From an uncultured Clostridia bacterium (lineage in GTDB: Bacteria; Bacillota; Clostridia; Christensenellales; Borkfalkiaceae), in the NCBI GenBank assembly GCA_944368775.1, contig CALVXB010000006.1, forward strand, positions 8,196 through 72,195: a DNA stretch of 64,000 nucleotides. The letters run 5' to 3'. A model generated the notes under the pieces. That model had not been told where the DNA came from. It did no database searches and was given only the letters and a program-made list of their open reading frames with translations. Of this stretch, positions 17,370-26,288 are shown piece by piece (positions within the stretch are counted from its first letter, which is position 1; each line of letters starts with the position of its first letter). The translations under genes and the position numbers were made by a program.

Positions 17370-18188
17370 ATGACGCTCGACGTATTCAAAACGATCCTCT
17401 CCCTCGCGCAGGAGGCTGCCGCCTTTTTGTATATCGACGGTGCGCTGCTGCCCCTGCTCGCCCTGCCGCCCGTCGCCGCCCTCTGTTTTGCCGCCGTCGG
17501 GCTGTTTTTGCCGCGGGGCAGGGCGGCGCTGCGCCGCGCCCTGCGCCCCGTCCGCCTCGCCTGCGGCGGGCTGCTGCTCGCGCTGTTTTTGCTCGCGGGG
17601 GCGCCCGCCCCCGCTTACGGCGTCATCGTCCTTGCGCAGCTCTTGGCGTGCGCGCTCGCCCTGCCGCTGCACATCCCCGCCCGAAAGCCCGCCCGCGCGC
17701 AGACAAAGCAGCCCGTGCTGCCCCGCGCCAAAGGAACAAAGGGAGAGGGCGCAAAGGGAGAACAGCAGAGGCCGCAGGCAGACGCGCCCTGCGCCGTGCG
17801 CCCCGTTTCGCCCGCCGAGGCGCGCCCCCGCCCCATCCCGCCCGCTCCGCCTGCAGGGGAGGGGCCGGCCGCCTTTCACGCCCCGCCGCTCTTGCAGCCC
17901 GTTCCGCCCGCCCCGCCCGCGGCCATGCCGCCTCCGCCCGCCCCGCCGCAGCCCGCGCGCGAGGGGAGCGTGGTGGTCGAGCGCGACGTCCGCCTCGGGC
18001 ACATCTTTTCCGCCCTCGAGCGCCTGCGCGACCTGCCGCTCAGCGCCGGCGACCGCCTCGAGGCGCAAAAGACGGAAGAGCTGCTCACCGTCTACCGCGC
18101 TAAGGGTGCCCTCTCACCCGCCGAGGCGGACACCCTCAACGACATCCTCGCCGCCCTACTCAAAATGATGGCAAAGTACCGTTTATAG
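17370..18188 (+). CDS. Hypothetical membrane protein with a Pro-rich linker
   Basis: ATG at 17370 with a GGAGG-like RBS. N-terminal hydrophobic helices (LLPLLALPPVAALCFAAVGLFL..., LLLALFLLAGAPAPAYGVIVLAQLLACALAL), then a Pro/Ala-rich spacer, then a helical C-terminal domain. Confidence 0.5.
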   Translation: MTLDVFKTILSLAQEAAAFLYIDGALLPLLALPPVAALCFAAVGLFLPRGRAALRRALRPVRLACGGLLLALFLLAGAPAPAYGVIVLAQLLACALALPLHIPARKPARAQTKQPVLPRAKGTKGEGAKGEQQRPQADAPCAVRPVSPAEARPRPIPPAPPAGEGPAAFHAPPLLQPVPPAPPAAMPPPPAPPQPAREGSVVVERDVRLGHIFSALERLRDLPLSAGDRLEAQKTEELLTVYRAKGALSPAEADTLNDILAALLKMMAKYRL

Positions 18189-18264
18189 AAGAAGGACAGA
18201 AAAGGGGCGCCCCGCGCAAAATGCGCGGGGCGCCCGCCCTTTGCCGCGCCCTTGTTCCCGCCGA

Positions 18265-19230
18265 CTATTGTCCGCGCGTACACAGGCAGGTGAGGGCGAA
18301 CAGCTTGTTGTGCCGCAGCGCGCAGCGGATGAGCGCGGCGTCCACCACCGCCCCGCGCGGCGCGAGCAGCGCGCCGCGCGCGTCCCGCAAGTCGTCGGGC
18401 AGCCGCTTGCCCGTCAACAGGGCGCTGCCCGCCAGCCGCCCGGGCGGCGCGCCGTTTGCGCCGCCCGTTCCGCTCGCAGCGTCGTTTGCGGGCGGGTCCT
18501 GTTCGCCCGCCGCCCCGCTCTCCGCGTTCGCCGCTCCGCCCGCATGGGGGCGGATGCGCACGCGCGGCGCCTCTTGCGCGGCGGGCAGCGTTTGTTCCGC
18601 CCCGCCCGCCGCGGCGGGCGGGGCGGCGGTATCGTTCGGAACCGCGCCCGCTCTCTCCGCGCCCGTGCTCGCTTCCTGCGCGGCGGCGGGCGCGTCTGTA
18701 AGTTGGGCAGCCGTGTCCGCTTCTAAAACGCGGGCGGGCGCGTCCGCTTTGTCCGCCCCGCGTTCGGCAGCCCCGCCCGCAGGCGGGCGGGGCAGGGCGG
18801 GCAGGCGGGCGGTGCGGCGGCCTTCCCTCTTCAAGTCCACGACCAGCGCGTCGCCCGCGCCCACCACCTGGCCGATGGGCAGCCGCAGCCCGCCCGAAAG
18901 CAGCAGCGCGGTCAGGCGCGCCCCCTCGCAGGCGAAGTCGTCCGCCGTGCCCAGCCTCTCGCCCGTGCGCGAGTACACCGCCCTGCCGAAGGGCGCGCTC
19001 ATTCCCCCCTCGCGGGGCGGGGCGAGGGCGCGCACCACCGCCGCATCCTTGCCGAACCGCTCCACCGCGGCAAAGGGGAGCAAAAACTCTTCCTCCTCCT
19101 CGTCGCAGCACTCGAGGTTGAGCACCCGCCGCAGCGCGCGGTCGGTCTGCACGCTGCGGATGTACCCGATGCGCGCGCCGCCGCGGGTGAGCAGCGGCTT
19201 GCCGATCCATTCGCTCATCCAAGTCTGCAT
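18265..19230 (-). CDS. PRC-barrel (YlmC/YmxH-like) tandem-domain protein with a low-complexity linker
   Basis: Start at ATG 19230 with a GGAAAGGAG RBS. Two PRC-barrel-like segments are present (IGKPLLTRGGARIGYIRSVQTDRA...LLPFAAVERFGKDAAVV and FGRAVYSRTGERLGTADDF...LPIGQVVGAGDALVVDL). Confidence 0.5.
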   Translation of the reverse strand: MQTWMSEWIGKPLLTRGGARIGYIRSVQTDRALRRVLNLECCDEEEEEFLLPFAAVERFGKDAAVVRALAPPREGGMSAPFGRAVYSRTGERLGTADDFACEGARLTALLLSGGLRLPIGQVVGAGDALVVDLKREGRRTARLPALPRPPAGGAAERGADKADAPARVLEADTAAQLTDAPAAAQEASTGAERAGAVPNDTAAPPAAAGGAEQTLPAAQEAPRVRIRPHAGGAANAESGAAGEQDPPANDAASGTGGANGAPPGRLAGSALLTGKRLPDDLRDARGALLAPRGAVVDAALIRCALRHNKLFALTCLCTRGQ

Positions 19231-19470
19231 AAACTCTCCTTTCCGCGCGCCGCCTCGGGCGCGCCGCTTGTTTACGCTTTTACTGTATGGCGGCGCGCCG
19301 CGGGGTATGCGCGCGCCGTTTGGCAAGTTTTGTCGGGATCGCTCGCATTTGCCCCCGCCCGCCCCGCGCCCCTTTTTGCCGCACTGCCCGCAAAAGCCGC
19401 CCCGTGCCGTTGACATTTTTCTTCGCCCCTATTATAATAAATAGGAAAGAACGCAAGGAGGAACATTTTG

Positions 19471-19968
19471 ATGCCGCAAAAGATGCTCGTGCTCGCCCGG
19501 CCGGAGGAGCACGCCGAACTCGCACAGCTGATCGACCGCCTCTGGCACTCCGCCTACGACGGGCTGCTCGGCCCCGATCAGGTCGCCTATATGACGCAAA
19601 AATTCCAAAGTGTGCCCGCCATCGAGGAGCAGATCCGCTCGGACAACTACCTCTACTTTTTCCTCGAAAAAGAGGGCGCGCGCATCGGCTACTGCGCCCT
19701 GCGGCCTGAAAAGGAAAAGCTGTTTTTATCCAAACTGTACCTCGTCGATGAGCTGCGCGGCCGCGGCGTGGGGCAGCTCGCCCTCGCCGAGATCGCCGAC
19801 GCCGCGCGGCGGATGGGCCTTTCGGCGGTGTACCTCACCGTCAACAAGGGCAACGCCCGCGCCGTGCGCGCGTACGAAAAGTTCGGCTTCGTCCGTACGG
19901 ACAGCACCGTCACCGACATCGGCGGCGGCTACGTGATGGACGACTACATCTACGAGTACGAAGTATAA
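19471..19968 (+). CDS. GNAT-family N-acetyltransferase
   Basis: ATG at 19471, 8 nt after AAGGAGG. Acetyl-CoA motif LRGRGVGQLAL. The overall GNAT pattern is present. Confidence 0.8.
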   Translation: MPQKMLVLARPEEHAELAQLIDRLWHSAYDGLLGPDQVAYMTQKFQSVPAIEEQIRSDNYLYFFLEKEGARIGYCALRPEKEKLFLSKLYLVDELRGRGVGQLALAEIADAARRMGLSAVYLTVNKGNARAVRAYEKFGFVRTDSTVTDIGGGYVMDDYIYEYEV

Positions 19969-20022
19969 ATAAAACGAATACCCGCCCTCAAAAAGGGCGA
20001 AGGCCGCGCGCCCGCCCAACGG

Positions 20023-20052
20023 TTGACTTCCTTTCGGGCGGTGTGCTACAAT
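20023..20052 (+). promoter_or_regulatory. Promoter of the asnB T-box leader
   Basis: TTGACT (20023-20028), 18-nt spacer, TGc-TACAAT (20047-20052). Confidence 0.6.
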
Positions 20053-20059
20053 AACGGCG

Positions 20060-20340
20060 TTCAAATCGCAACGACCGGGAAGAGTAGCGCCGATACGGGA
20101 GGCACAGAGAGCGGGGGCAGGCTGAAAGCCCCGCCCTTCCGCCCGCGCGAAAAACGCCCGCGAGCGGCGTCGGCGAACGGGCTTTGCCTCATTAGCCGCC
20201 GACGGGTGCGCCCGTTACCGCGCGCCCCCTTATGCAGAGGGGAGAGGTCTCGCCGCACGGCGGGATAAATTCGGGTGGCACCGCGGAAAGTCGCTCTTTT
20301 CGCCCCGAGCACGGGGAGAAAAAGGGGCGGCTCTTTTTTT
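20060..20340 (+). promoter_or_regulatory. T-box riboswitch leader (probable Asn specifier) with terminator
   Basis: Stem I 5' elements: GCAACGACCGGGAAGAGTAG (GA/K-turn plus AGTA), AG bulge CACAGAGAGCGG, and a distal GGCTGAAAG loop. The conserved T-box sequence AAATTCGGGTGGCACCGCGG lies at 20267-20286. A terminator helix followed by TCTTTTTTT lies at about 20301-20340. AAC triplets at 20153-20155 and 20176-20178 are specifier candidates. Confidence 0.8.
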
Positions 20341-20393
20341 ATTCCTCCCCCGCTTTTGCCGCCCCGACCCGTCAAACGAAGGAGGCTACCATC

Positions 20394-21977
20394 ATGTGTT
20401 CTATTTTCTGCTGCACCGCCAAAGAGGTGGACTACGCAAAGATGCTCGAGGGCTTTTACCGCACCGTGTCGCGCGGGCCGGACATGAGCCGCGTCGAGCG
20501 CACCCCTTCCGGCTACATGGCCTTCCACCGCCTGGCCATCATGGGCCTGAATGCGGCGGGCATGCAGCCCTTTTCGATGGGCAAGGACAAGCTGGTCTGC
20601 AACGGCGAAATTTACGGCTTCCGCCCCCTCAAGCGGCAGCTCGAAGAGCGCGGCTACGTCTTTTCGTCGGACAGCGACTGCGAGATCTTGCTCCCCCTCT
20701 ACCGCGAGTATGGGCTGAAGATGTTCTCCATGCTCGACGCCGAGTTCGCCCTCGTGCTCTACGACGGGCAAAAGGACGAGTACATCGCCGCGCGCGACCC
20801 CATCGGCATCCGCCCCCTCTACTACGGCCGCCTCGCGAGCGGGGCGATCGTCTTTGCCAGCGAGCCCAAAAACCTCGTCGGGTTTGTCGAAGGGGAAATT
20901 CTGCCCTTCCCCCCGGGTTGCTACTATTATAAGGGGCGCTTTCACCGCTACTGCGACATCGCCGCCGCGGAGAGCTATCTTGCCGACGACGTCGGCGAGA
21001 TCTGCCGCAACATCCGCCAAAAGCTGATCGAGGGGGTGCGCAAGCGGCTCGACGCCGACGCGCCCGTAGGCTTTTTGCTCTCGGGCGGGCTCGACTCCTC
21101 CCTCGTGTGCGCCATCGCCGCGCGGCAGCTGGATAGGCCCATCAAAACGTTCGCCATCGGCATGGATAAAGACGCCATCGACTTAAAGTACGCGCGCATC
21201 GTCGCCGATCATATCGGCTCCGACCACACCGAGGTCATCATCACCAAAGAGGACGTCCTTTCCGCCCTCGAGCCGGTCATCGCGGCGCTGGGTACATTCG
21301 ACATCACCACCATCCGCGCCTCGATGGGCATGTACCTGCTCTGCCAAAAGATCCACGCCTGCAGCGACGTGCGCGTCCTGCTCACCGGCGAGATCTCGGA
21401 CGAGCTGTTCGGCTACAAGTACACCGACTTCGCCCCCTCCGCCGAGGCCTTCCAAAAGGAGTCGCAAAAGCGGGTGCGCGAGCTGCATATGTACGACGTA
21501 TTGCGCGCCGACCGCTGCATCTCCGTGCACAGCATGGAGGCGCGCGTGCCCTTCGGCGACCTCGACTTCGTCCGCTACGTCATGCACGCCGACCCCGCCC
21601 GCAAAATTAACACCTACGGCAAGGGCAAGTACCTTTTGCGCAAGGCGTTTGAAGAGGGCGATTGGCTGCCCGAAAGCATCCTCTGGCGGGAAAAGGCCGC
21701 CTTCTCCGACGCCGTCGGCCACTCGATGGTCGACGACCTCAAAGAGTACGCCGAGGAGCGCTACGGAGAAGATTGGAAGGAGCGCGCACGCGCCTACGCG
21801 CACGCCCGCCCCTTCACCAAAGAGAGCCTGCTCTACCGCGAAATTTTTGAAAAATTTTACCCCGGCCAGGCGGGCATGGTCAAGGCATTCTGGATGCCCA
21901 ACCCCCGCTGGGAGGGCTGTAAGGTCAACGACCCCTCCGCGCGCGTCCTCTCCAACTACGGCGACAGCGGCAAGTAG
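20394..21977 (+). CDS. asnB: Asparagine synthase (glutamine-hydrolysing)
   Basis: Start MCSIFCC gives the Ntn-amidotransferase Cys2. PP-loop motif LLSGGLDSS. AGGAGG RBS. Confidence 0.9.
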   Translation: MCSIFCCTAKEVDYAKMLEGFYRTVSRGPDMSRVERTPSGYMAFHRLAIMGLNAAGMQPFSMGKDKLVCNGEIYGFRPLKRQLEERGYVFSSDSDCEILLPLYREYGLKMFSMLDAEFALVLYDGQKDEYIAARDPIGIRPLYYGRLASGAIVFASEPKNLVGFVEGEILPFPPGCYYYKGRFHRYCDIAAAESYLADDVGEICRNIRQKLIEGVRKRLDADAPVGFLLSGGLDSSLVCAIAARQLDRPIKTFAIGMDKDAIDLKYARIVADHIGSDHTEVIITKEDVLSALEPVIAALGTFDITTIRASMGMYLLCQKIHACSDVRVLLTGEISDELFGYKYTDFAPSAEAFQKESQKRVRELHMYDVLRADRCISVHSMEARVPFGDLDFVRYVMHADPARKINTYGKGKYLLRKAFEEGDWLPESILWREKAAFSDAVGHSMVDDLKEYAEERYGEDWKERARAYAHARPFTKESLLYREIFEKFYPGQAGMVKAFWMPNPRWEGCKVNDPSARVLSNYGDSGK

Positions 21978-22359
21978 GCCGCCCGCCCGCCGCACGCCTA
22001 TCTTGTGTGCGCCGCGCCCGCCGCGCGCCCGCCTATCTTGTGTGCGCCGCACCCGCCGCAAACCAAATAAAGTGTTTTTCCGCCCCCGCGCGGCTTGCCG
22101 CGCGGGGGCGGCCTCTGCGCGGCGCGGGAGCAGCTTGCTCCCGCGCCGCGCGCAGTTCGCGCCGCAAAAGGGGCAAACGGTGCCGCGCCGCGCGCAGTTT
22201 GCGCCGCGGGAGGGGAGATGCCGCGCCGCCCGCAAAGCGCGCCCCGCCTCCGCGCGTCCGCGCGGGGCGGAAAAGTGTGACATAAGCGACAAATTTTTAC
22301 AAACTTTGCAGAAGTATTCAATTTTTGGCTTGTAAATACTTTTCTTTTTTCAAAAAGTG

Positions 22360-22368
22360 TGTTATAAT
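22360..22368 (+). promoter_or_regulatory. Extended -10 element (TGtTATAAT) directly upstream of queH
   Basis: TATAAT at 22363-22368 preceded by TGT. Only 6 nt separate it from the ATG at 22375, and there is no RBS. This makes queH a candidate leaderless transcript. Confidence 0.45.
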
Positions 22369-22374
22369 ACTTCC

Positions 22375-22980
22375 ATGAACAGGGTGAATTTCCATGAGCG
22401 TATGCTGGAGATCCTGCCGTCGGTGCCGCGCGGAGAGCGCCTGCTCCTGCACAGCTGCTGCGGTCCTTGTTCGACGCGCTGCATCGAGGCGCTCAAAGAC
22501 GCCTTTCGCGTCACCGTGCTCTACTACAACCCCAACATCACCGACCCCGCCGAGTACGCAAAGCGCAAGGCCGAGCAAGTCCGCTTTTTGCAAGAGAGCG
22601 GCTGGGCAGATCTGCTCGACTGCCCGTACGACCCGCAAGAATTTTTCGCCGCGGCAAAGGGGTTTGAAGGGGAGCCCGAGGGCGGAGAGCGCTGCACCCG
22701 CTGCTTCGCGCTGCGCCTTATGTACACGGCGCAAGCCGCCAAACGGGAGGGCTTCGGCTGGTTCGGCACCACGCTTTCGGTCAGCCCGCATAAAGACGCC
22801 GCCCGCCTCAACGCGCTGGGCGAGCAGATCGCGGCGCAGACCGGCCTGCATTGGCTGTACGCCGACTTCAAAAAGCAAAACGGATATTTGCGCTCGACGG
22901 AGCTTGCGCGGCAGTATCACCTGTACCGCCAAAACTACTGCGGCTGCATCTTTTCCGATTGGACTCGCTCACAGGGATAA
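22375..22980 (+). CDS. queH: Epoxyqueuosine reductase QueH (DUF208)
   Basis: LLLHSCCGPCS motif and YNPNI...EY, then C-terminal YRQNYCGC. This matches QueH as I remember it. I prefer the start at ATG 22375 over the track GTG at 22357. Confidence 0.8.
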   Translation: MNRVNFHERMLEILPSVPRGERLLLHSCCGPCSTRCIEALKDAFRVTVLYYNPNITDPAEYAKRKAEQVRFLQESGWADLLDCPYDPQEFFAAAKGFEGEPEGGERCTRCFALRLMYTAQAAKREGFGWFGTTLSVSPHKDAARLNALGEQIAAQTGLHWLYADFKKQNGYLRSTELARQYHLYRQNYCGCIFSDWTRSQG

Positions 22981-23187
22981 ACTTGACAGATACTCCTTCT
23001 TTTTTCCGTGTTCTGCTCCGGCAGGGCGCGGAATTTTTTTACGGCGATTTTTTGCCGCGGCGGCAAAACCGCCCAAAAGGGGCGCGCACGCGGGGCGCGT
23101 TCTTTGCAAAAATGCGAAAAAGCCGCCCCTTCGCCCCCCTTTGCGCGGCGGGGAACGGGGTAAATGCGCAAAGGGGCGCAAAAACGG

Positions 23188-23216
23188 TTGACGGGCGCGC
23201 TTCTTCGCGGTATAAT
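23188..23216 (+). promoter_or_regulatory. Promoter of the Rrf2-nifS operon
   Basis: TTGACG (23188-23193), 17-nt spacer, TATAAT (23211-23216). A perfect 22-nt GC palindrome GGCGCGCCCGCGCGGGCGCGCC at 23243-23264 lies between the promoter and the RBS. Confidence 0.7.
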
Positions 23217-23280
23217 AAATGCAACTAAAAGAGTAGTATTTCGGCGCGCCCGCGCGGGCGCGCCGCAAGGAGGACACACC

Positions 23281-23706
23281 ATGCGCCTTTCATCCAAATC
23301 GCAGTACGGGCTCAAGGCCTGCTATATCCTCGCGCTGCATTACCCCGCGCGCTGCGTCAGCGCCTCGTCGCTCGAAAAGGAGATCGCCGTCTCCGGCAAG
23401 TATATCGAAAAGATCATGCGCATGCTCGCGGGCAAGGGCATCGTCGCGGCCGAGCGCGGCGTTTCGGGCGGGTATAAGCTGACCCGCGCCCCCAAAGACA
23501 TCACCATCGGCGACATCGCCCGCGCCCTCGAGGACAACATGGAGATCGTCGACTGCATCTCCTTCTGCTGCCCCAACTGCGCCACCGGCGACGTCTGGCG
23601 CAAGCTGTACGACGGCATCAACGCCGTGCTCGACTCGATGACGTTGCAGTCGATGATCGACGACTACGGCACCGAGGGCATCTGCAAGTGCCGCCACTCC
23701 GCATGA
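23281..23706 (+). CDS. Rrf2-family transcriptional regulator (IscR/CymR-like)
   Basis: The MRLSSKSQYGLKACYILAL N-terminus is typical of Rrf2 wHTH proteins. Cys residues (CISFCCPNC) suggest Fe-S ligation. The stop overlaps the nifS start (ATGA). Confidence 0.85.
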   Translation: MRLSSKSQYGLKACYILALHYPARCVSASSLEKEIAVSGKYIEKIMRMLAGKGIVAAERGVSGGYKLTRAPKDITIGDIARALEDNMEIVDCISFCCPNCATGDVWRKLYDGINAVLDSMTLQSMIDDYGTEGICKCRHSA

Positions 23707-24938
23707 AGCCCGTCTACCTCGACCACGCGGCGACGACGGCCGCAGACGCGCGCGTGCTCAAAGAGATGCTGCCCTATTTTTGTGAAGAGTTCGGCAACGC
23801 ACATTCGCTGCATTCCTTCGGGCGGCGCGCCGTCGCCGCCGTCGACGGCGCGCGCGACGCCGTCGCGGGCTTGCTCGGCGCAAAGGCGGGCGAGATCTAC
23901 TTCACCTCGGGCGGAACGGAGGCGGATAATTGGGCGCTGCGCGGGGCTGCGCATGCCAACGCGGCGCGGGGCAAGCGGGTGGTCGTCTCCGCCGTCGAGC
24001 ACCCCGCCGTCACAGAGGCCGCCCGCCTGCTCGCGGGCGAGGGGTTCGAGGTCGCCGTCTGCCCCGTCGACGCAGAGGGCATCCTCGACCTCGATGCCTT
24101 TGAACGCCTCGTGGGGGAGGGCGCCTGCCTCGCCGCCGTGATGGCCGTCAACAACGAGACGGGCGCGGTGCAGCCGCTGGCGGAGGCCGCCCGCATCTGC
24201 CATGCGCGCGGCGCGCTGCTTTTTTGCGACGCGGTGCAGGCGGCGGGCGCGTACGCGCTGCGCGTGGATGACATCCCCGCAGACCTGCTCTCCCTCTCCG
24301 CCCACAAATTCGGCGGGCCCAAGGGCGTCGGCGCGCTGTACGTGCGCGCGGGCACGGCAATCGCCCCCCTCATCGCGGGCGGCCACCAAGAGCGCGGCCT
24401 GCGCGGCGGCACCACCAACGTGCCCGGCGCGGTCGGCCTCGCCGCCGCCCTCGCCCTCGCCCGCAAAGAGCTCCCCCTCGCCCGCGAGAGTGCGGGCAAG
24501 GCGTGCGAGCATTTCATCTCCCGCGTGCTTGCGGGCATCCCCGGCGCACACCTCAACGGCCCGCGCGCGGCGCAGCGCGCGGATACGCCCCCCGCCCTCC
24601 GCGCGGCAAATTTAGATGTGGCGGCGGAAGAGGGCGCAAAAGAGGAAGAGGGCGCGCCGTATTGCGGGCGGCTGTATTCTATCGCCAACTTCTCCTTTGA
24701 CGGGGCAGACGGCGACAGGCTGCTCGCCCTGCTCGACCGCGCCGGCGTCGCCGCCTCGGGCGGGGCGGCGTGCTCGTCCGGCTCGCCAGACCCCTCCCCC
24801 GTGTTGCTGGCGATGGGCCGCAGCGGCGCGCTCGCCCGCGGCGTGCGCTTCTCCTTCGGCAAGGAGAACACGCTGCAAGAGGCAGACTTCGCCTTCGAGT
24901 GCCTGCGCGCCGCCGTCGCCCGCCTGCGCGGGCAGTAA
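23703..24938 (+). CDS. Cysteine desulfurase (NifS/IscS class V aminotransferase)
   Basis: MKPVYLDHAATT start. PLP lysine motif SAHKFGGPKGVGALY. Active-site loop SGGAACSSGS. It carries an extra ~40-aa segment (RAAQRADTPPALRAANLDVAAEEGAKEEEGAPY) that I do not expect in canonical NifS. Confidence 0.85.
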   Translation: MKPVYLDHAATTAADARVLKEMLPYFCEEFGNAHSLHSFGRRAVAAVDGARDAVAGLLGAKAGEIYFTSGGTEADNWALRGAAHANAARGKRVVVSAVEHPAVTEAARLLAGEGFEVAVCPVDAEGILDLDAFERLVGEGACLAAVMAVNNETGAVQPLAEAARICHARGALLFCDAVQAAGAYALRVDDIPADLLSLSAHKFGGPKGVGALYVRAGTAIAPLIAGGHQERGLRGGTTNVPGAVGLAAALALARKELPLARESAGKACEHFISRVLAGIPGAHLNGPRAAQRADTPPALRAANLDVAAEEGAKEEEGAPYCGRLYSIANFSFDGADGDRLLALLDRAGVAASGGAACSSGSPDPSPVLLAMGRSGALARGVRFSFGKENTLQEADFAFECLRAAVARLRGQ

Positions 24939-25020
24939 AGCGGGGCGGCGCGGAACAAATTCAAAAACCAACAGGAGCCCGCCCCGAAGGCGGCGGTTCA
25001 GAGAGAAAAAGGAGAACGAT

Positions 25021-25506
25021 ATGCGCAAAGCGGATCGAGAAGTGACGGACATCGAAGAAAAGTTGGCGGCGCTGCTGCGCTGCGAGTTTTTGACCCTCGC
25101 CCTGCGCGGGGAGGGCGCGCCCTACTGTGTGCCCCTCAACTTCGGCGCGGAGCTTGTGGGGGAGAGGCTCGTATTGTACTTTCACTGCGCGCGCGAGGGC
25201 GTAAAGCTCGAAAAGCTCGCCGCCGACGGGCGGGTGGGTTTTTCGGCGGCGCGGCTGCTGCGCGTGTTCAACAAGGGCGTCGCCCCCTGCGGCTACACCG
25301 CCGACTACGAAAGCGTCTGCGGCGAGGGCACCGCCCGCCTGCTCACGGAGGACGCCGAGCGCCTGCACGGCCTGTGCGTTTTGATGGCGCATTATACGGA
25401 AGAACGGTTCGCGGAGGCCGACTTTCTGCCACGCCCGCTGTCGCTGACCGCCGTCGTGCGCGTCGACGTGTCCGCGTGGACGTGCAAGCGCCTCGTGCGC
25501 GGGTAG
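25021..25506 (+). CDS. Pyridoxamine 5'-phosphate oxidase-family (FMN-binding split-barrel) protein
   Basis: MRKADREVTDIEEKLAALLRCEFLTLAL...YCVPLNFG...LYFHCAREGVKLEKL is a pattern typical of the NimA/PNPOx-like family. Start at ATG 25021 after GGAGAA. Confidence 0.7.
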   Translation: MRKADREVTDIEEKLAALLRCEFLTLALRGEGAPYCVPLNFGAELVGERLVLYFHCAREGVKLEKLAADGRVGFSAARLLRVFNKGVAPCGYTADYESVCGEGTARLLTEDAERLHGLCVLMAHYTEERFAEADFLPRPLSLTAVVRVDVSAWTCKRLVRG

Positions 25507-25591
25507 AACGTGCCCCGTCTGCGGGCTCAGCCGCCCCGCCGCGGCCGCCTGCAAGCCCTTCCAAAAAAAATTTTTTTCGCAAAAAAGTGAC

Positions 25592-25622
25592 AAAAACAGG
25601 CAGCATACTGCCTGTTTTTTGT
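25592..25622 (+). terminator. Intrinsic terminator
   Basis: AAAAACAGGCAG-CATA-CTGCCTGTTTTTT. A-tract and T-tract flanks make it potentially bidirectional. Confidence 0.8.
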
Positions 25623-25719
25623 GTTAAAATACAGCAAAAAGAGGGGGCGCTAAACATTTTTTTGCGCAAAAGGGGGCGGCGGTCGTCCGCCGCCCGCCCA
25701 AAGCGGAAAAAATAAACAG

Positions 25720-25748
25720 TTGACCTTTCGCACGCGTTGTGGTATAAT
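25720..25748 (+). promoter_or_regulatory. Consensus-like promoter
   Basis: TTGACC (25720-25725), 17-nt spacer, TATAAT (25743-25748). Confidence 0.7.
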
Positions 25749-25825
25749 AGTATCGTACTATACAAGATGTGCCGCTTTTTCGCGCAAGAGGGGGCGGCGG
25801 ACCCGCAAAAAGGAGAGGGGTGCGT

Positions 25826-26155
25826 ATGCACGGAGGCATTCAAACACAGCAGCAAAGCGCCGCGCGGCAGGCAGAGCAGTCTTGCCCGCGCAACGGCATC
25901 GGCATCGCGGGGTGGGTCGTCGCGCTCGCGTCCGCCGTCGTGCTGGCGGTATCCTTTTGGGTCGGGCAAAAAGACGCCCTCGCTGTGCTGCGGCTGACGG
26001 CGCTCCTTTTGGCGGCGGCGGGCACCGCGCTGTGCGGCGTGGGGGCGGCCCGCGCGGGCGGGCGGCGGCTCAACGGCTTCGCCTTCTGCGGCCTGCTCAT
26101 CGGGGCGGCGGTGCTGTGCACGAGCGCGCCGTTGCTGGTCGCCATGCTGGGGTAA
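25826..26155 (+). CDS. Small hypothetical membrane protein (109 aa)
   Basis: ATG at 25826 after AGGAGAGGGG. Three predicted hydrophobic helices (IGIAGWVVALASAVVLAVSFWV, LTALLLAAAGTALCGVGAA, FAFCGLLIGAAVLCTSAPLLVAML). Confidence 0.55.
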   Translation: MHGGIQTQQQSAARQAEQSCPRNGIGIAGWVVALASAVVLAVSFWVGQKDALAVLRLTALLLAAAGTALCGVGAARAGGRRLNGFAFCGLLIGAAVLCTSAPLLVAMLG

Positions 26156-26236
26156 ATACATATGCGCGCGGCTCGCTTGGGCGGGCCGCTTCTTTTTTTT
26201 TGAGAGGGAAGGGGCATAAAAAGTTGCCCTCCCCCC

Positions 26237-26265
26237 TTGACACGCCGCCGCGGCTGTGGTATAAT
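26237..26265 (+). promoter_or_regulatory. Consensus promoter
   Basis: TTGACA (26237-26242), 17-nt spacer, TATAAT (26260-26265). Confidence 0.75.
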
Positions 26266-26288
26266 GGTGGCACAAGGAGGAGAGTGCC

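Noticed and set aside
22080-22111. A perfect 14-bp GC stem (CCGCCCCCGCGCGG-CTTG-CCGCGCGGGGGCGG) downstream of asnB as an intrinsic terminator, together with neighbouring direct repeats (CGCCTATCTTGTGTGCGCCGC x2 in the 21995-22055 stretch)
   Set aside because: No T-tract follows the stem on either strand, so I cannot call it a canonical intrinsic terminator. It may still be a structural element, but I have no further support.
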